Shown piece after piece: positions 24,899 through 37,865 of a DNA stretch of 64,000 nt; positions within the stretch are counted from its first letter, which is position 1, and the number at the start of each line of letters is the position of its first letter. The notes under the pieces were generated by a model that saw nothing but the letters and a program-made list of their open reading frames with translations, did no database searches and was not told the origin of the DNA. Where the stretch lies: NCBI RefSeq assembly GCF_006345805.1, contig NC_043001.1:36642001-36706000 (forward strand), written 5' to 3'. A program made the translations under genes and the position numbers. The DNA is from Octopus sinensis. Lineage: Eukaryota.

Positions 24899-25916
24899 TA
24901 TATTATGTGTGTATGTGCATATGTATGGCTATATATAAATATATATACATACATATACTATTTCTTTTCCATCATTGTAATGAAGTAGATAGCCAGTCGG
25001 AAACTGGAGTGGACTTTCAGTTTCCATGTCTTGACAGAAATGTCTTTCTTTACGGCTTTTCTGCTACCGAATATGTCGTAAGGATTCATTCAAGTAGAAC
25101 AACGGCCATGTGGCGGCGGTTGCGGTGGTTGGTGGTTGGTGGCTGATGTCAGGCAATGCTCATGCTCGTGGCGGCGTTAGAGGCGAAGTGCTTTCTTTCG
25201 TTTGATCGGTCGGTCAGTTCTGAGAAGAATGTGAAGTTGGAAGGCGATAGACGAATAAAAATAAGTAAAAGAAAGACGAAGACGCGAGAAACAGAATTGT
25301 AAGCGAACGAAACCGAGGGAGTTTTCGAGCTACAGGAATAATGAAAAGAAACAGAATTGCTCTTCGTCGATGGACAATGTGGGGGCTATCGGAGGGGAAA
25401 ACTAACATTCGGTCAGCTGATTTAGCGTTATTGCCTGTCGTAAGTCTGTTACTTACAGCTTCTGGTGTGAATCTTTTCATGCATGTTTATGTTGGCTTTA
25501 ATCTAAACTGGTTGACACCAGAGCCATTGGATTTCGAAGCCGTATCATGGTGGCAGAATAATATTATATATAATATTTATGGTCATTTCGGGCGGTCACG
25601 CAAAGACTCTTTGATTCCTCATCTTTTGAGGATTCTCCACTTTATAAACTTCCTATCAGTTTTGTCTGATGTTTCTTTTTCTTGCTCTAGTTTATTATTT
25701 CTTTCTTCGACTCCTTGTATCTTTTCCTCCGTAATAAACTTCTTTTTTTTTGTTTATGTTGTCTTATTGCCACTCACTTCCTCTTGCATTTTTCTGCATT
25801 GATACACATACAATCAAATAGGTACGTACTTACACACGGACACACATACACACACACACACAAATATGTATATATGTATGTATATTCATAAATATTTACG
25901 TAACACACAAACACAC

Positions 25917-25952
<36 letters not shown>

Positions 25953-26048
25953 CATGTGTACGTGTATGTGATATTATATATATATGTATATATACACACG
26001 CACACATATATATATGTGTGTGTGTGTGTATCGCATACTAAATGGATT

Positions 26049-26099
<51 letters not shown>

Positions 26100-26419
26100 A
26101 CATTTAGTATGCGATATAAATACACACACTTAAAGATTTGTAAACATACTGTCTATAGGTGATTGTGTAGTGTCCAAAGCATTATACGATGCAATCTGTA
26201 AGAAAGAATAGTGTTCTGAAGATGACAATACAAGCTTCAATGCTGTAGAGAATCGGAATGAGAGTCTATTCACAGTATAAAAGATCATTGTTGGAAGCTC
26301 TCTGTCAAAACCGCTGGAAAATGCAGGCACAGTAGACCAGAAAATCATGGGCAACCAACTGAAGGTGTGTACAGTCGAAAACCGTTCATAGTTCAACAGA
26401 CATTAACGTAGTATTTTTT

Positions 26420-26600
26420 TCAAATTTTGGCACAAGGCCAGTTATTGCGAGAGAATGGGTAGGTCGATTACACTGACCCCAGTTCTCTACTGGTTTTTAT
26501 TTTATCGACTACAAGAGGATGAAAGGCAAAGTTGACCCCGGAACGTAAAGACAGACGAATTTTGATCCCGGAACGTAAAGTCAGACGAAATTCTGCTACT
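26420..26600 (-). mobile_element. SINE family B variant, diverged
   Basis: GAGGATGAAAGGCAAAGTTGACC is the reverse complement of the Meta-like domain. Local duplication of CCCGGAACGTAAAG. Confidence 0.7.
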
Positions 26601-26851
26601 TGAAATGTAACTTTAGATTTATATCTAAAGATCATTGATGCGCTTGGCTATGCAACTAACTACGACAGAACTAATGCCGAGAAGATAGGATTCATTAAAT
26701 CCGGAAGGAAACTTCTAATTCAAAAATTATAATTACAAGTTGGCATGCACGCCACTTCATAAATATGTGCTGCATCAGGGCTGTTATTATTCTTATCATT
26801 TTGTCCCTTCTCTTTCTTCCTACTACTCTGTTTTATTGTATATGCTTATAC

Positions 26852-26945
<94 letters not shown>

Positions 26946-26949
26946 TAGG

Positions 26950-27112
26950 TAGCTAGGTAGCTTGGTAGGAAGGTAGGTAGGTACGAAGGTAGGTAGGTAG
27001 GTAAGAAGGTAGGTAGGTAGGTAGGTAGGTAGGTAAGTAGGTATGTATGTAGGTAGGTAGGTAGGTAGGTAGGTAGGTAGGTAGGTAGGTAGGTAGGTAG
27101 GTAGGTAGGTAT
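26950..27112. repeat. (AGGT)n microsatellite
   Basis: Seen directly. Confidence 0.97.
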
Positions 27113-27215
27113 ATATATGTTTTTGTCATTTCATTATATGTAAACCCCAACATTTTCTGCTTGTCTTTGTATTGAACCCTTCATCCTTTGCCCCGGTAGC
27201 AAAAGAAATAAATCC

Positions 27216-27273
<58 letters not shown>

Positions 27274-27299
27274 CTCTCAAATCTGAGAAAGGCGATTCA

Positions 27300-27550
27300 G
27301 CAACTACTTGCCGGCCAATCTGCACAGACGATTTGTTTTACACTGACCAAATGCTTGTGTTGTACATTGGCTCGATCTTTCCATCAAATCAACACTACCT
27401 GTATATAAGATGCATGGTGTTTCACACGTCAGATGTCGAAGTGATCGCAGAAAAACCTGAAAGGAGGTGTTTTACTCAAAAGAACGACGCACAGCCCGAC
27501 CTAGGGACCACGATCGGCAGATCGTCAAAGCAACACTCTAGCCACTAGGC
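27300..27550 (-). mobile_element. Old tRNA-derived SINE (D-like head, CTGCGATCACTTCGAC body)
   Basis: Minus strand CCTAGTGGCTAGAGTG head. The body matches 49200-49352. Confidence 0.55.
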
Positions 27551-28090
27551 CTTGCGCTTTTATTCAGTCCATAATACGTTCGTTTAGTACTAGTTAGTCC
27601 TCGTAATAGGAAAACAATATTTTGTTTTAGTATATTTCTGAGAGCTGTCAACTAATTTCAGTAAATTGCTCGCTCTTACAAACGTTATATATTTATATCT
27701 ACTTTCACTTTTATATTTATTTAACAACGTTATCTCTTTATTTCTCTAACTTCCAGAATCTCACTCCTCATAATCATTACATCTTATTGTTATATCTTCT
27801 AACCAACAAAGCTATATGATTATGTGCCTCACCAATCGCTTCGACAAGGAGACATCGTAAAGTAACATAGATAAGATCAGGCAGTAATGTTCGATATAGA
27901 AGTAGACAACTTAGGTGGTGTTCCAGCATAGCTACAATCCTATAACTATGTAAATGAAATAATAAAAGTTAAAATGTAAAAATATCCTTTTACTTAAAGC
28001 CAGAAATACTTCGCTTGCTTCAGAGAAAACAATCGCTGCTTAGAAATAATGTTTTCAAGCCACTTATGTAAAACCTATTTATACATACAT

Positions 28091-28260
28091 AGGCGCAGGA
28101 GTGGCTGTGTGGTAAGTAGCTTGCTTACCAGCCACATGGTTCTGCGTTCAGTCCCACTGCGTGGCACCTTGGGCAAGTGTCTTCTATTATAGCCTCGGGC
28201 CGAATAAAGCCTTTTGAGTGGATTTGGTAGACGGAAACTAAAAGAATTCCGTCGTATGTG

Positions 28261-28308
<48 letters not shown>

Positions 28309-28497
28309 CTTGAGTGTCTGTGTTTATCCCCTCCCCCAAACATCACTTGACAACTGATGCTGGTTAGTTTACGTCCCTGTAACTTAGCGGTTTGGCAAAA
28401 GAGACCGATAGAATAAGTACTAGGCTTACAAAGAATAAGGCGGTGCTCCAGCATGGCCGCAGTCAAATGACTGAAACAAGTAAAAGAGTAAAAGAAT
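28091..28497 (+). mobile_element. SINE family A with small tail deletion
   Basis: Full head and internal microsatellite. Lacks the TCCTGGGGTCGATTTGCTCGACTAAA segment. Confidence 0.9.
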
Positions 28498-28804
28498 ACG
28501 TTACGCATGGCCGATCTATATCTGTAAGCATTTAGTTTGAAGCAAATTTTACGTTTGTCCCACGCACCATAAAACTATTAACAAATCATCCTATCATGTA
28601 CATATACAAATATAAATATATGTACGTATGAATATGTGTGCGACGAATAGATAGATTTGTTCTTCCTAAACTTTAGTTTTGTATACGGTAACCTTCAGCT
28701 AGCTTTTCTGTCTGAACTTTAGGTTTAAGGCTTGAAAATGTTAGGAGTTATTTTACAAGACACTTATTTATTACTCTGAAAAACTTTAGCATTGTAGCAC
28801 ACTC

Positions 28805-28847
<43 letters not shown>

Positions 28848-30343
28848 TGTGTGTGTGTGTACGTGTGCGCGCGTTACCATAAAACTGCCTCTTTAAATAG
28901 CGAGTGAAACGTTGTTTTTTTTATAGATTTAATTACTCTAATCTATTCAATTGCTTTTGGCAATAGTTTAAACTTGTTTTTCATTGGTCTGTAAAACGAC
29001 TATTAGAATTTAGCTGTGCGTTTATAATTTCTTTTTTGTGAGGTTATTCTTGCTTGTCAAAGGTCAAACTATTAAAAGGGTAAATATTACCAAGTTGTTG
29101 AAGTTGTTTTTTTTTTCTTCTGCTTTACTTTCCAATTAATTGATTTCTTCTTACCCCCACCATCATATTCGTCTCCGTTTTATTTATTTTATGTACTTTT
29201 TATTTTGTTCAGTTCTTTTTTTATACTGCCAACCAATCCTGTTGTTCTTATATGTATCATATGTTATTAGAAAGGAATATAAGCTCTCTAAACAAAGAAT
29301 ACAAGAACACAAACGCAAGCGAGATTGTTATTTCTAATCTGCTATTATCAAAGCAATTGAGTGTTTTCTTTAAACACTCGCTGAAAACAGGATCATAAAT
29401 TAGTTCTCTTTAACCAGCCACTCACTCCAAACGAACACACATGCACACTTACTCGCACACACACACATGTATATATATATATATATATGTATGCATGTAT
29501 GTATGTATGTATGTATGTATGTACAAAGGTGTGCGCAGAGACTCCCCACTTATGTATGGAATACATCATATACAAACGAAGTTGTGAACAATTACACCCA
29601 AACACACAAATATATACACACTCACCTTTCTTTTAAGGCTAAACATTTGTATGTATTTGTTTATCGTCTATAAAAACCATTTTACGATTAAGAGGTGGCT
29701 CCGAGGTAAAGTGGTGTCGGCAAGCAAGAGAAGTGGGGTAGAGGTCAGTAGAATCAGAGCGCCATTATCATCGACCCGAGGCGAATGAAACGGGTAGATA
29801 AAAACCATATCCGAGAGCGAAGTTTTGAGACTTAGCAGAAACTTTCGGTTGATACAAAGGTCGACTTGTATCAAGAGCAAAGATAAGAATAAAAGGGTTT
29901 TATGGGGAGAAGAAACACGCCCTAGGGAACTGTTTTTAGAAGTAGTCAAACACATCTGTCGCAAAATTTGTTTATGTATTCCTTTTTAAGCATTTTAATG
30001 GTCTGCTTTTGTTTTTGTTTTTTTTGGGGGGGTGGGGTTGCTTTTCTGTTACCAAGCAATTTAGTAAAATATCAATGGGGAGCCCCAGTTGATTTCTTTT
30101 ATAACAATGTGTGGTCTAAACATGATAAATTTATTGTGATATCTTGAGGTCAGTGATATCGGGTTAATATAGAATATTTTCTTTTTTCTTAGCCACAGGT
30201 TGATTACACTTAGGGACTGAATTGCTTTTAAGAGTTTGTATGCGTTGTAATATTTAATTCCAAAAAGACATAATAGATGCATGTTTACAAGAGTTAGTTG
30301 GCACCGAAAAAAAATCAACATATGCACCAACGAATAAGCTTTG

Positions 30344-30760
30344 GGATCTTTTCGGTTTGAACGGCAGTTTTTTCTAGCGGTGTCATATGAAATTGTCACC
30401 CATAATTATGACCCTAGAATCGATCTATTGCATTTCAATATCTTTTAGGGTTAGGATTAGGGGCGGGGGAAGGGTATCTTTTTTCTTCACAAATGTAAAT
30501 AAACCCAATCTGTTTCTTAAACGAAGGACATATTTATACGGCACAGAATGCTTTTTAACTCAATAAACGTCAGTGATTGGTTGAAATTGCAGAAATTGAA
30601 GAAAAAAAAAACAACAAATATCTTACAAAGTATAGAATTTTCTCAATAAAGCCAAGAGAAAAAGATGTTTTATAGGCACATTCTACCAGTATACGAAGTT
30701 TAAAATTTTTTAGTTACCTAGAAATAATGTTAAAAACTGCCGTTCAAACCGAAAAGATCC
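30344..30760. mobile_element. hAT-like MITE (417 bp)
   Basis: TIR GGATCTTTTCGGTTTGAACGGCAGTTTT. 8-bp TSD AAGCTTTG/TAGCTTTG. Second copy at 60762-61184. Confidence 0.85.
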
Positions 30761-31392
30761 TAGCTTTGTTATAAAAGAAAAAGTATGATTGTCTACGTAA
30801 GCACACGACCAGATATTTTGGGGACGAGAATAGGAGCAGTCGATTATATTGAGTCCAATATTTGACTGACACCTAACGTTACCTACTCTGAAAGAATAAA
30901 TGCAAATTCGCGATTTTGAATTCATCTTCATCTTTAAAGCCCCACTCCTCACTCTCATCATCATTATTATCTTTATCATTTTCTTAACATCTTCATTATC
31001 ATCATGAAACCATCTTCACTTTTATCAACATTTTCACTCTCATCTTCCGAACCGCCACCACGCACAAAAGAAAGCCTTTACCCTGAAAGTACTTTAATGT
31101 AGTTGTCTAAGCTGCTAGAAATAGCAGGCAAATCTTCCTGAAATATATTGTCATCGAAAAAGGATCATTATACAATGAAGTCTCAGAGATACAAAAGAAT
31201 TCCAGCTGTGATGGTATGGTTACAGCAGGAATATTTTTGACTAGAGATCTCTTCAATCAGGACAGAAGTGGGGCTTAACTACAACACCACCAAAAAGTCT
31301 CTATAGAGTCAACCTACTTGAAATAGCAACAAAATCGCCATTAAATCACACTCTACATAACGTATATTAGAAAGAGCCCTGAGACAATACAG

Positions 31393-31695
31393 GCACTTCG
31401 TCGGTCACGACGACAAGAGTTCCAGTTCATCCCAGCAACAGAACTACCTTCTAGTGAAATTAACGTGCAAGTGGCTGAGGGCTCCACAGACACGCGTACC
31501 CTTAACGTAGTTCTCAAGGAGATTCAGCACGACACAGAATGTGACAAAGTTGGCTCCTTGAAATACAGGTACAACTTATTTTTGCCAGCTGAGTGAACTG
31601 AAGGAATGTGAAATAAAGTTTTCTTGTTCACGGACACAACGTGCCGCTGGCAATCGAACTCACGACCTTACGATAGTATGCCGAATACCCTAACC
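31393..31695 (-). mobile_element. Chimeric SINE: D-type head with family C tail
   Basis: Minus strand has CACTCAGCTGGCAAAAATAAGT followed by TGTACCTGTATTTCAAG...GAGAACTACGTTAAGGGTACGCGTG (family C tail). Confidence 0.75.
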
Positions 31696-31719
31696 TCATA
31701 ATACAAGCATTCCACAGCA

Positions 31720-32323
31720 TTTAAGGCGGCGAGCTGGTAGAAACGTTAGCACACCGGGCGAAATGCCTAGCGGTATTTCGTCTGCCGTTACGTTCTGAGT
31801 TCAAATTCCGCCTAGGTCGACTTTGCCTTTCATCCTTTCGGGGTCGATAAATTAGGTACCAGTTAGGCACTGTGGTCGATGTAATCGACTTAATACCTTT
31901 GTCTGTCCTTGTTTGTCCTCTCTATGTTTAGCCTATTGTGGGTAGTAAAGAAATAGGTATTTCGTCTGTCTTTATGTTCTTTGTTCAAATTCCACCGTAG
32001 TTGACTTTGCCTTTCATCCTTTCGGGGTCGATCAATTAAGTACCAGTTACGCACTGGGGTCGATTTAATCGATTTAATCCGTTTGTCAGTCCTTGTTTGT
32101 CCTATCTGTGTTTAGCCCCTTCTGGGTAATAAAGAAATAGGTATTGCGTCAGCCGTTACGTTCTGAGTTCAAATTCCGCCTAGGTCGACTTTGCCTTTCA
32201 TCCTTTCGGGGTCGATAAATTAGGTACCAGTTAGGCACTGTGGTCGATGTAATCGACTTAATACCTTTGTCTGTCCTTGTTTGTCCTCTCTGTGTTTGGC
32301 CTCTTGTGGGCAATAAAAAAATA
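31720..32323 (+). mobile_element. SINE family B trimer (one head, three bodies) with a single 17-bp TSD
   Basis: ACAAGCATTCCACAGCA at 31703-31719 and 32324-32340. Period ~184. Junctions at 31956 and 32140. Confidence 0.9.
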
Positions 32324-33727
32324 ACAAGCATTCCACAGCAGAACGCAGAGAACCGAACCTTAATACTACAAGTTATCGGGCCCTACTGTCTTAATTCCGC
32401 CAATCCACGTCATTCGTAAGGTCTTTAATGAGTACTGCTGGTAACATTGAATCTAGTACAACGTATCGCATGGTCAGGTCGTCGGCGATTAAACCGGCAT
32501 TCCTACTAGGCTTACTTGGTGACGAGTGTTGCTATAAACCCAGCAGAACTAAAAACAAGACCTGCCAAAAGGACGGATGAACCTAGTGTAGATTCAACGA
32601 CTATCTAGTTACAGCAGGGACCCTCAGAAATTGCAGGTTGGTGTCTGGCGTGCTAGAAGACAATTGGGAGTGAAGCGCATAATTAGCTTTCGTTAGAACA
32701 TATCTCTAGAACCCGCCCCAAACCCAAGCTACGTCTGTTCTGCTAATCAGCAGTGACTTGGTTAGTAATCCCATGCGACGGTTGATTATCGATGGTAAAA
32801 TGAGTTGCTACGGATCGCATTGTCCCAAAGTGTGTGAGCGTGTAAGCAGGGGCCCACACGTGAACTTGTTTCCCTCTGAAACTCTGAACACAAACTCTAC
32901 ACATCAATAGCGAATGACAAGTGCGGCCTCGGCGTCTACGCCGCAGTGGAACCGGAAGTGAGTATCCATTGCAGCCTCAACTGTGGCCGGATGCGGTCAG
33001 CATTCGTGAGGAACAGCATTTGTGAGAGACGACGTGAACTCGTTGGTCGAAGCCGTCTCAACCTACCACAGGCGAATGCTGCCGCAAGTACAAGTACAAT
33101 CCAGGATTTGTATACTTGTATTAAAAAATAAATAAATAAGCGAAGTTGGTCCCCATATGATTTGAACTCACAACGCAGAGTACCGGAACACTTACCGCGA
33201 AGTATTCTCTCCAACATCCAACTGACTACTCTACCAATTTGTTTGAGCTGATTTAATACTTTTCTTGTTCTGAGCCGAATTTATCACATAATATACTTTG
33301 TATTTAGTTTCTTCTCTCTTTCCAATAGAAATTTTGATAAAATATAGAAAATAAATATTTTACACATTATATCATTTCATATTTGAACTGTCAAGTTAGG
33401 AGAGTGAAAATTTGATTTTATTCAATTTCAAATTTGCAGCAGCATAATAAATGGAAAATTTTGAATAATATTCATTAAAAAATAACTAGCGCTGACAGAA
33501 TGTTTAAAATACAAAAAAGTAAGAATTCCAGAAAAGAAGACGTGACGTTAATTCTTTAAAATAATCCGATGTTACAGAACTCGACAAAAGATTTTGGTGT
33601 TAATAACTCAGAATTGAATATACATATTGATAAGTACCCCAGATGCCATCTGCTAAAGATAACAGCTACATCTTATTCACATCAAACGCTACCATCTTAG
33701 AAAACCGAAAGACAAACTGGATAACAT

Positions 33728-33892
33728 AGGCGTGGCTGAATAGTAAGAAGTTTGCTACTCAAACACATGGTTCCAAGTTCAGTCTCGCTGCACCACGGCA
33801 CCTTGGGCAAGTGCCTCCTACTATAGCTCTGGGTTGACCAATGCCTTGTGAGTGGATTAGGTAGACTGAAACTGGAAGAAGTATGTCGTATG
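33728..33892 (+). mobile_element. SINE family A, 5' half, diverged
   Basis: Head and CCTTGGGCAAGTG match. Confidence 0.8.
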
Positions 33893-34022
33893 TATGTATA
33901 TATAAACGTAGGCTCGAAACGTAAAAGACTTTTCCATTTTCCCCGAGCGTCAAAATGATATTCCTGCTTGTTGTTTCTACACCTGTCTTTGTCTTTGTTT
34001 TCTATAAATTTGGTCTTATATA

Positions 34023-34074
<52 letters not shown>

Positions 34075-34077
<3 letters not shown>

Positions 34078-36015
34078 AAGAAAAAAGGTTTGAAAATGCA
34101 ATTTAAACGATGTTTATTTACTTAACCGGTTTCACTCTTTGGTAAAAGATTGTCAAAAGTTACATTAAGGAAACATTGAATAATATGGGTTCAAAAAAAG
34201 TTTTTTACATAATTGTCACATTGAATATTATGCATTCAAAAAAGTTTTTTACATAATTGTCACATTGGATATATGGGTTCAAAAAAGTTTTTTACATAAT
34301 TGTCACATTGAATATTATGCATTCAAAAAAGTTTTTTACATAATTGTCACATTGGATATTATGAATTCAAAAATGTTTTTTTATACATAATTGTCACATT
34401 ATTTGGGAAAATTTGGCAGAAAAGGATAAAACAAATATATTATGGGAATTGGTTGCGTTAATTATTGGTTGTCGCAAATTGTCACATTACATGTATATAT
34501 ATACAATCTTTGGTATATATATACAGCGTTTTGACAGAAAAAATATATGTATGTGCATGTATGTATGTATGTATGTATGTGTGTATATATGTGTATATAT
34601 ATGTGTATATATGTGTGTGTGTGTGTATGTGTGTGTGTGTATATTTATTTGCATGTTTATGTGTGTATAAACATGTACATTATTTGCATGCGCATTGTGT
34701 ATATGTATATTGTATGTATGTGTATTGTATATGTACGTGTACAATTAAGTGTTTATATTTGTGTGTATGTGTGCACTGTATATATGTATATTGTAGGTGT
34801 GCTATATGTGCATGAATACATGTATATGCATTGCGTGTATATATATGTATGCATTGTGTGTGTATGTATGTTATGTGTGTGTGTGTGTATATATATATTA
34901 TATGTATGCGTACGTGTACGTGTATGTGTATGCATTGTATGTATGTGTGTTGTGTGTATATGTGGTACATCTATGTATGTGTATGTAAACACTATTTATA
35001 TGTATATGTGTATATATGTATATGCATTGTCTATATATATATATATTATATGTATGTATTGCGTATGTATATTGCATGCATATATTGTGTATGTATATTA
35101 CTTACATGCTGTATGTGTGTATTGTATGTGTGTATATATATGCTAGGTGTATTTGTGTGATATTTATATTATGTATGTATGTGTGGGTGTGTGGTGTTGT
35201 GTGTGTGTGTGTGTGTGTTGTGTGTGTATGTGTGTATATATCTGTGTATGTTATATATAGATACATGTTATATTTGTGTGCTGTGTGTATATGTGATATA
35301 TGTGGGTGCGTTGTGTATATATGTGTGTGACAAACAGACACTGTCTGTCTGACCAGCAGGCACTCACACATCTATTCACACCCGCATACTAACTCCTGAT
35401 AACCCCCAAATCATTCATGCATAAAGGGAAAGTATACACCACATTGGCTACTTCTTCTGTCTCTCAGTTCAGCCTTTCTGCTAATACTGACAGGTCAGTA
35501 AAAACATACTTAAAATATTCTGAGATGTACAAAAAATCCATTTTAATTTTTGCTGTCAAAACGCTGTATATATATACCAAAGATTGTATATATATACATG
35601 TAATGTGACAATTTGCGACAACCAATAATTAACGCAACCAATTCCCAATAAATATTTGTTTTATCCTTTTCTGCCAAATTTTCCCAAATAATGTGACAAT
35701 TATGTATAAAAAAACATTTTTGAATTCATAATATCCAATGTGACAATTATGTAAAAAACTTTTTTGAATGCATAATATTCAATGTGACAATTATGTAAAA
35801 AACTTTTTTTGAACCCATAATATCCAATGTGACAATTATGTAAAAAACTTTTTTGAATGCATAATATTCAATGTGACAATTATGTAAAAAACTTTTTTTG
35901 AACCCATATTATTCAATGTTTCCTTAAATGTAACTTTTGACAATCTTTTACCAAAGAGTGAAACCGGTTAAGTAAATAAACATCGTTTAAATTGCATTTT
36001 CAAACCTTTTTTCTT
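34075..36015. mobile_element. Foldback-like structure with ~463-bp inverted arms containing ~44-bp subrepeats
   Basis: 34075-34537 is the near-exact reverse complement of 35553-36015. GTCACATT units at 34215, 34259, 34302, 34346 and 34393. Interior is cryptic (TG/TA) plus ~220 bp unique sequence. Confidence 0.85.
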
Positions 36016-36050
36016 ATATAATCCCACTCGTGCGATACCCCACAACTCAA

Positions 36051-36120
<70 letters not shown>

Positions 36121-36135
36121 TATATATATATATAA

Positions 36136-36223
<88 letters not shown>

Positions 36224-36239
36224 GCGTGTGTATGCCTGT

Positions 36240-36450
36240 GCACGCATGCTCGTGTGTTTGTCCCGACCACAGTTTGACAACTAATGTCGCTTTGTTTACG
36301 TTCTAGTGATTCGGCAAAAGAGACCGACAGACTAAGTACCAGACTTTCAAAAAATAAGTACTGTGGTCAATGTATTCCACTAAACCCTTCAAGGCGGTGC
36401 CCCAGCATGGCTGCAGTCCAATGATTAAAACAAATGAAAGATATAAGATA
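36240..36450 (+). mobile_element. SINE family A, 3' half, diverged
   Basis: GTGTTTGTCCC..TTGACAAC..TTCGGCAAAAGAGACCGA tail. Confidence 0.75.
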
Positions 36451-36734
36451 TGCTTAAGAGTCTAAAATTTATATGAGAGAATTATCACAGCTGAAACACT
36501 AATTACTGATGTTACTTAATCAAGGCCGACGCTGGGTTTATCACTAAGAATGATAAGAATACTCTGCGGTTTGATTATATAATGTGTTCATCCAAAAACT
36601 TAGAAATGGTATCAGAGTGTGAATGAGAGTAAAGAATAAAGAGATAGAGCTGTGGGAGAGAAAGAGGAGAGAGATAGAAAGACAGAGATAAGCGACAGAG
36701 CAGAGAACTGATTAACTTCCAGTTTTTGTATGAG

Positions 36735-36965
36735 GGAGAGGTGGCGAGGTGGCAGAATGTTTATCACACCGGTGAAAATTCTTAGCGGCATTTCGTCCGT
36801 CTTTGCGTTCTGAATTCAAATTTTGCCGAAATGGACTTTGCCTTTTAGCCTTTGGAAGTTGATAAGGCGAGTACCAGTTGAGTACTGGGGTTGGTTTAAC
36901 CGACTTATCTCCACCACTTACATACAGACACACGAAATTACTGGTCTTGTGCCAAAATTTGAAAA
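36735..36965 (+). mobile_element. SINE family B variant, diverged
   Basis: GTGGCAGAATGTT head, TGAATTCAAATT B-box, degenerate Meta-like domain. Confidence 0.7.
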
Positions 36966-37371
36966 GAATATTTGTATAAGAGACAGGAGGAGAAATAGGG
37001 AGCTAGAGACACAGAGAGAAAAGCAAACAACTTCAGTACTGAATACGTTCTATCTGAGCTCTCATCTAATTAAAGACGAGATGTTTTAAACAAAACATCT
37101 AATTAAGACGAGATGTTTTGTTTTTTTCTTTTCTTAATCCGATGCAATTATTCTTTTGTTTGTTTCACTCTCTGAAATGCGACCAAACTGGGGAACCCCC
37201 TTAAAGGTTTTAGTCGATCGAATTAACCTTAGTACTTTTTACATTTTTTGTTTATCTCTGTCACTTAATTTATCTCTGATACTGCCTGAGAAAAATTTGG
37301 GGGATAAATTGGAAAATGGCCATTAGTAATGTGGAGGTACTTGAGAGGAGTGACAGTAGAAATATAGAGTC

Positions 37372-37500
37372 AAAAGAGACCAATAGAATAAGTACTAGGC
37401 TTACAAAGAATAAGTCCTGGGGTCAATTTGTTCGACTAAAGGTGGTGCTGCAGCATGGCCGCAGTCAAGTGACTGAAACAAATAAAAGAGTAAAAGAGTG
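37372..37500 (+). mobile_element. SINE family A tail fragment
   Basis: CAAAAGAGACCAATAGAATAAGTACTAGGCTTACAAAG...AAAAGAGT. Confidence 0.85.
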
Positions 37501-37544
37501 TGAGTATATATGTATACACATAATTATATAATATATATATATAT

Positions 37545-37616
37545 ATGTATATACATCCGAATTTCTGAGTACCTCATTTCTTCTAATATAAAATACCTGT
37601 ACATCATCTTCAAACC

Positions 37617-37652
<36 letters not shown>

Positions 37653-37692
37653 GAGAGAGAGAGAGAGAGAGATATTATATATATATATAATA

Positions 37693-37739
<47 letters not shown>

Positions 37740-37865
37740 CATCCGAATTTCTGAGTACCTCATTTCTTCTAATATAAAATACCTGTACATCATCTTCAAA
37801 CCTTCTAATATATATATATATATATATATATAGTGAGAGAGAGAGAGAGAGAGATATTATATATA
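37545..37865. repeat. Tandem duplication, period ~186 bp
   Basis: CATCCGAATTTCTGAGTACC..CCTTCTAA-(TA)n-GTGAGAGAG at 37554 and 37740, apparently identical. Confidence 0.92.

Noticed and set aside
25445-25490. HEKIHT as a C2H2 zinc-finger end
   Set aside because: No upstream CxxC and no TGEKP linker; stops on both sides.
25341-25802. 153-aa hydrophobic ORF as a membrane protein
   Set aside because: Hydrophobicity derives from T-rich sequence, with no motif.
34487-35371. Cluster of 80-199-aa Cys/Val/Tyr ORFs
   Set aside because: Cryptic TG/TA dinucleotide DNA.
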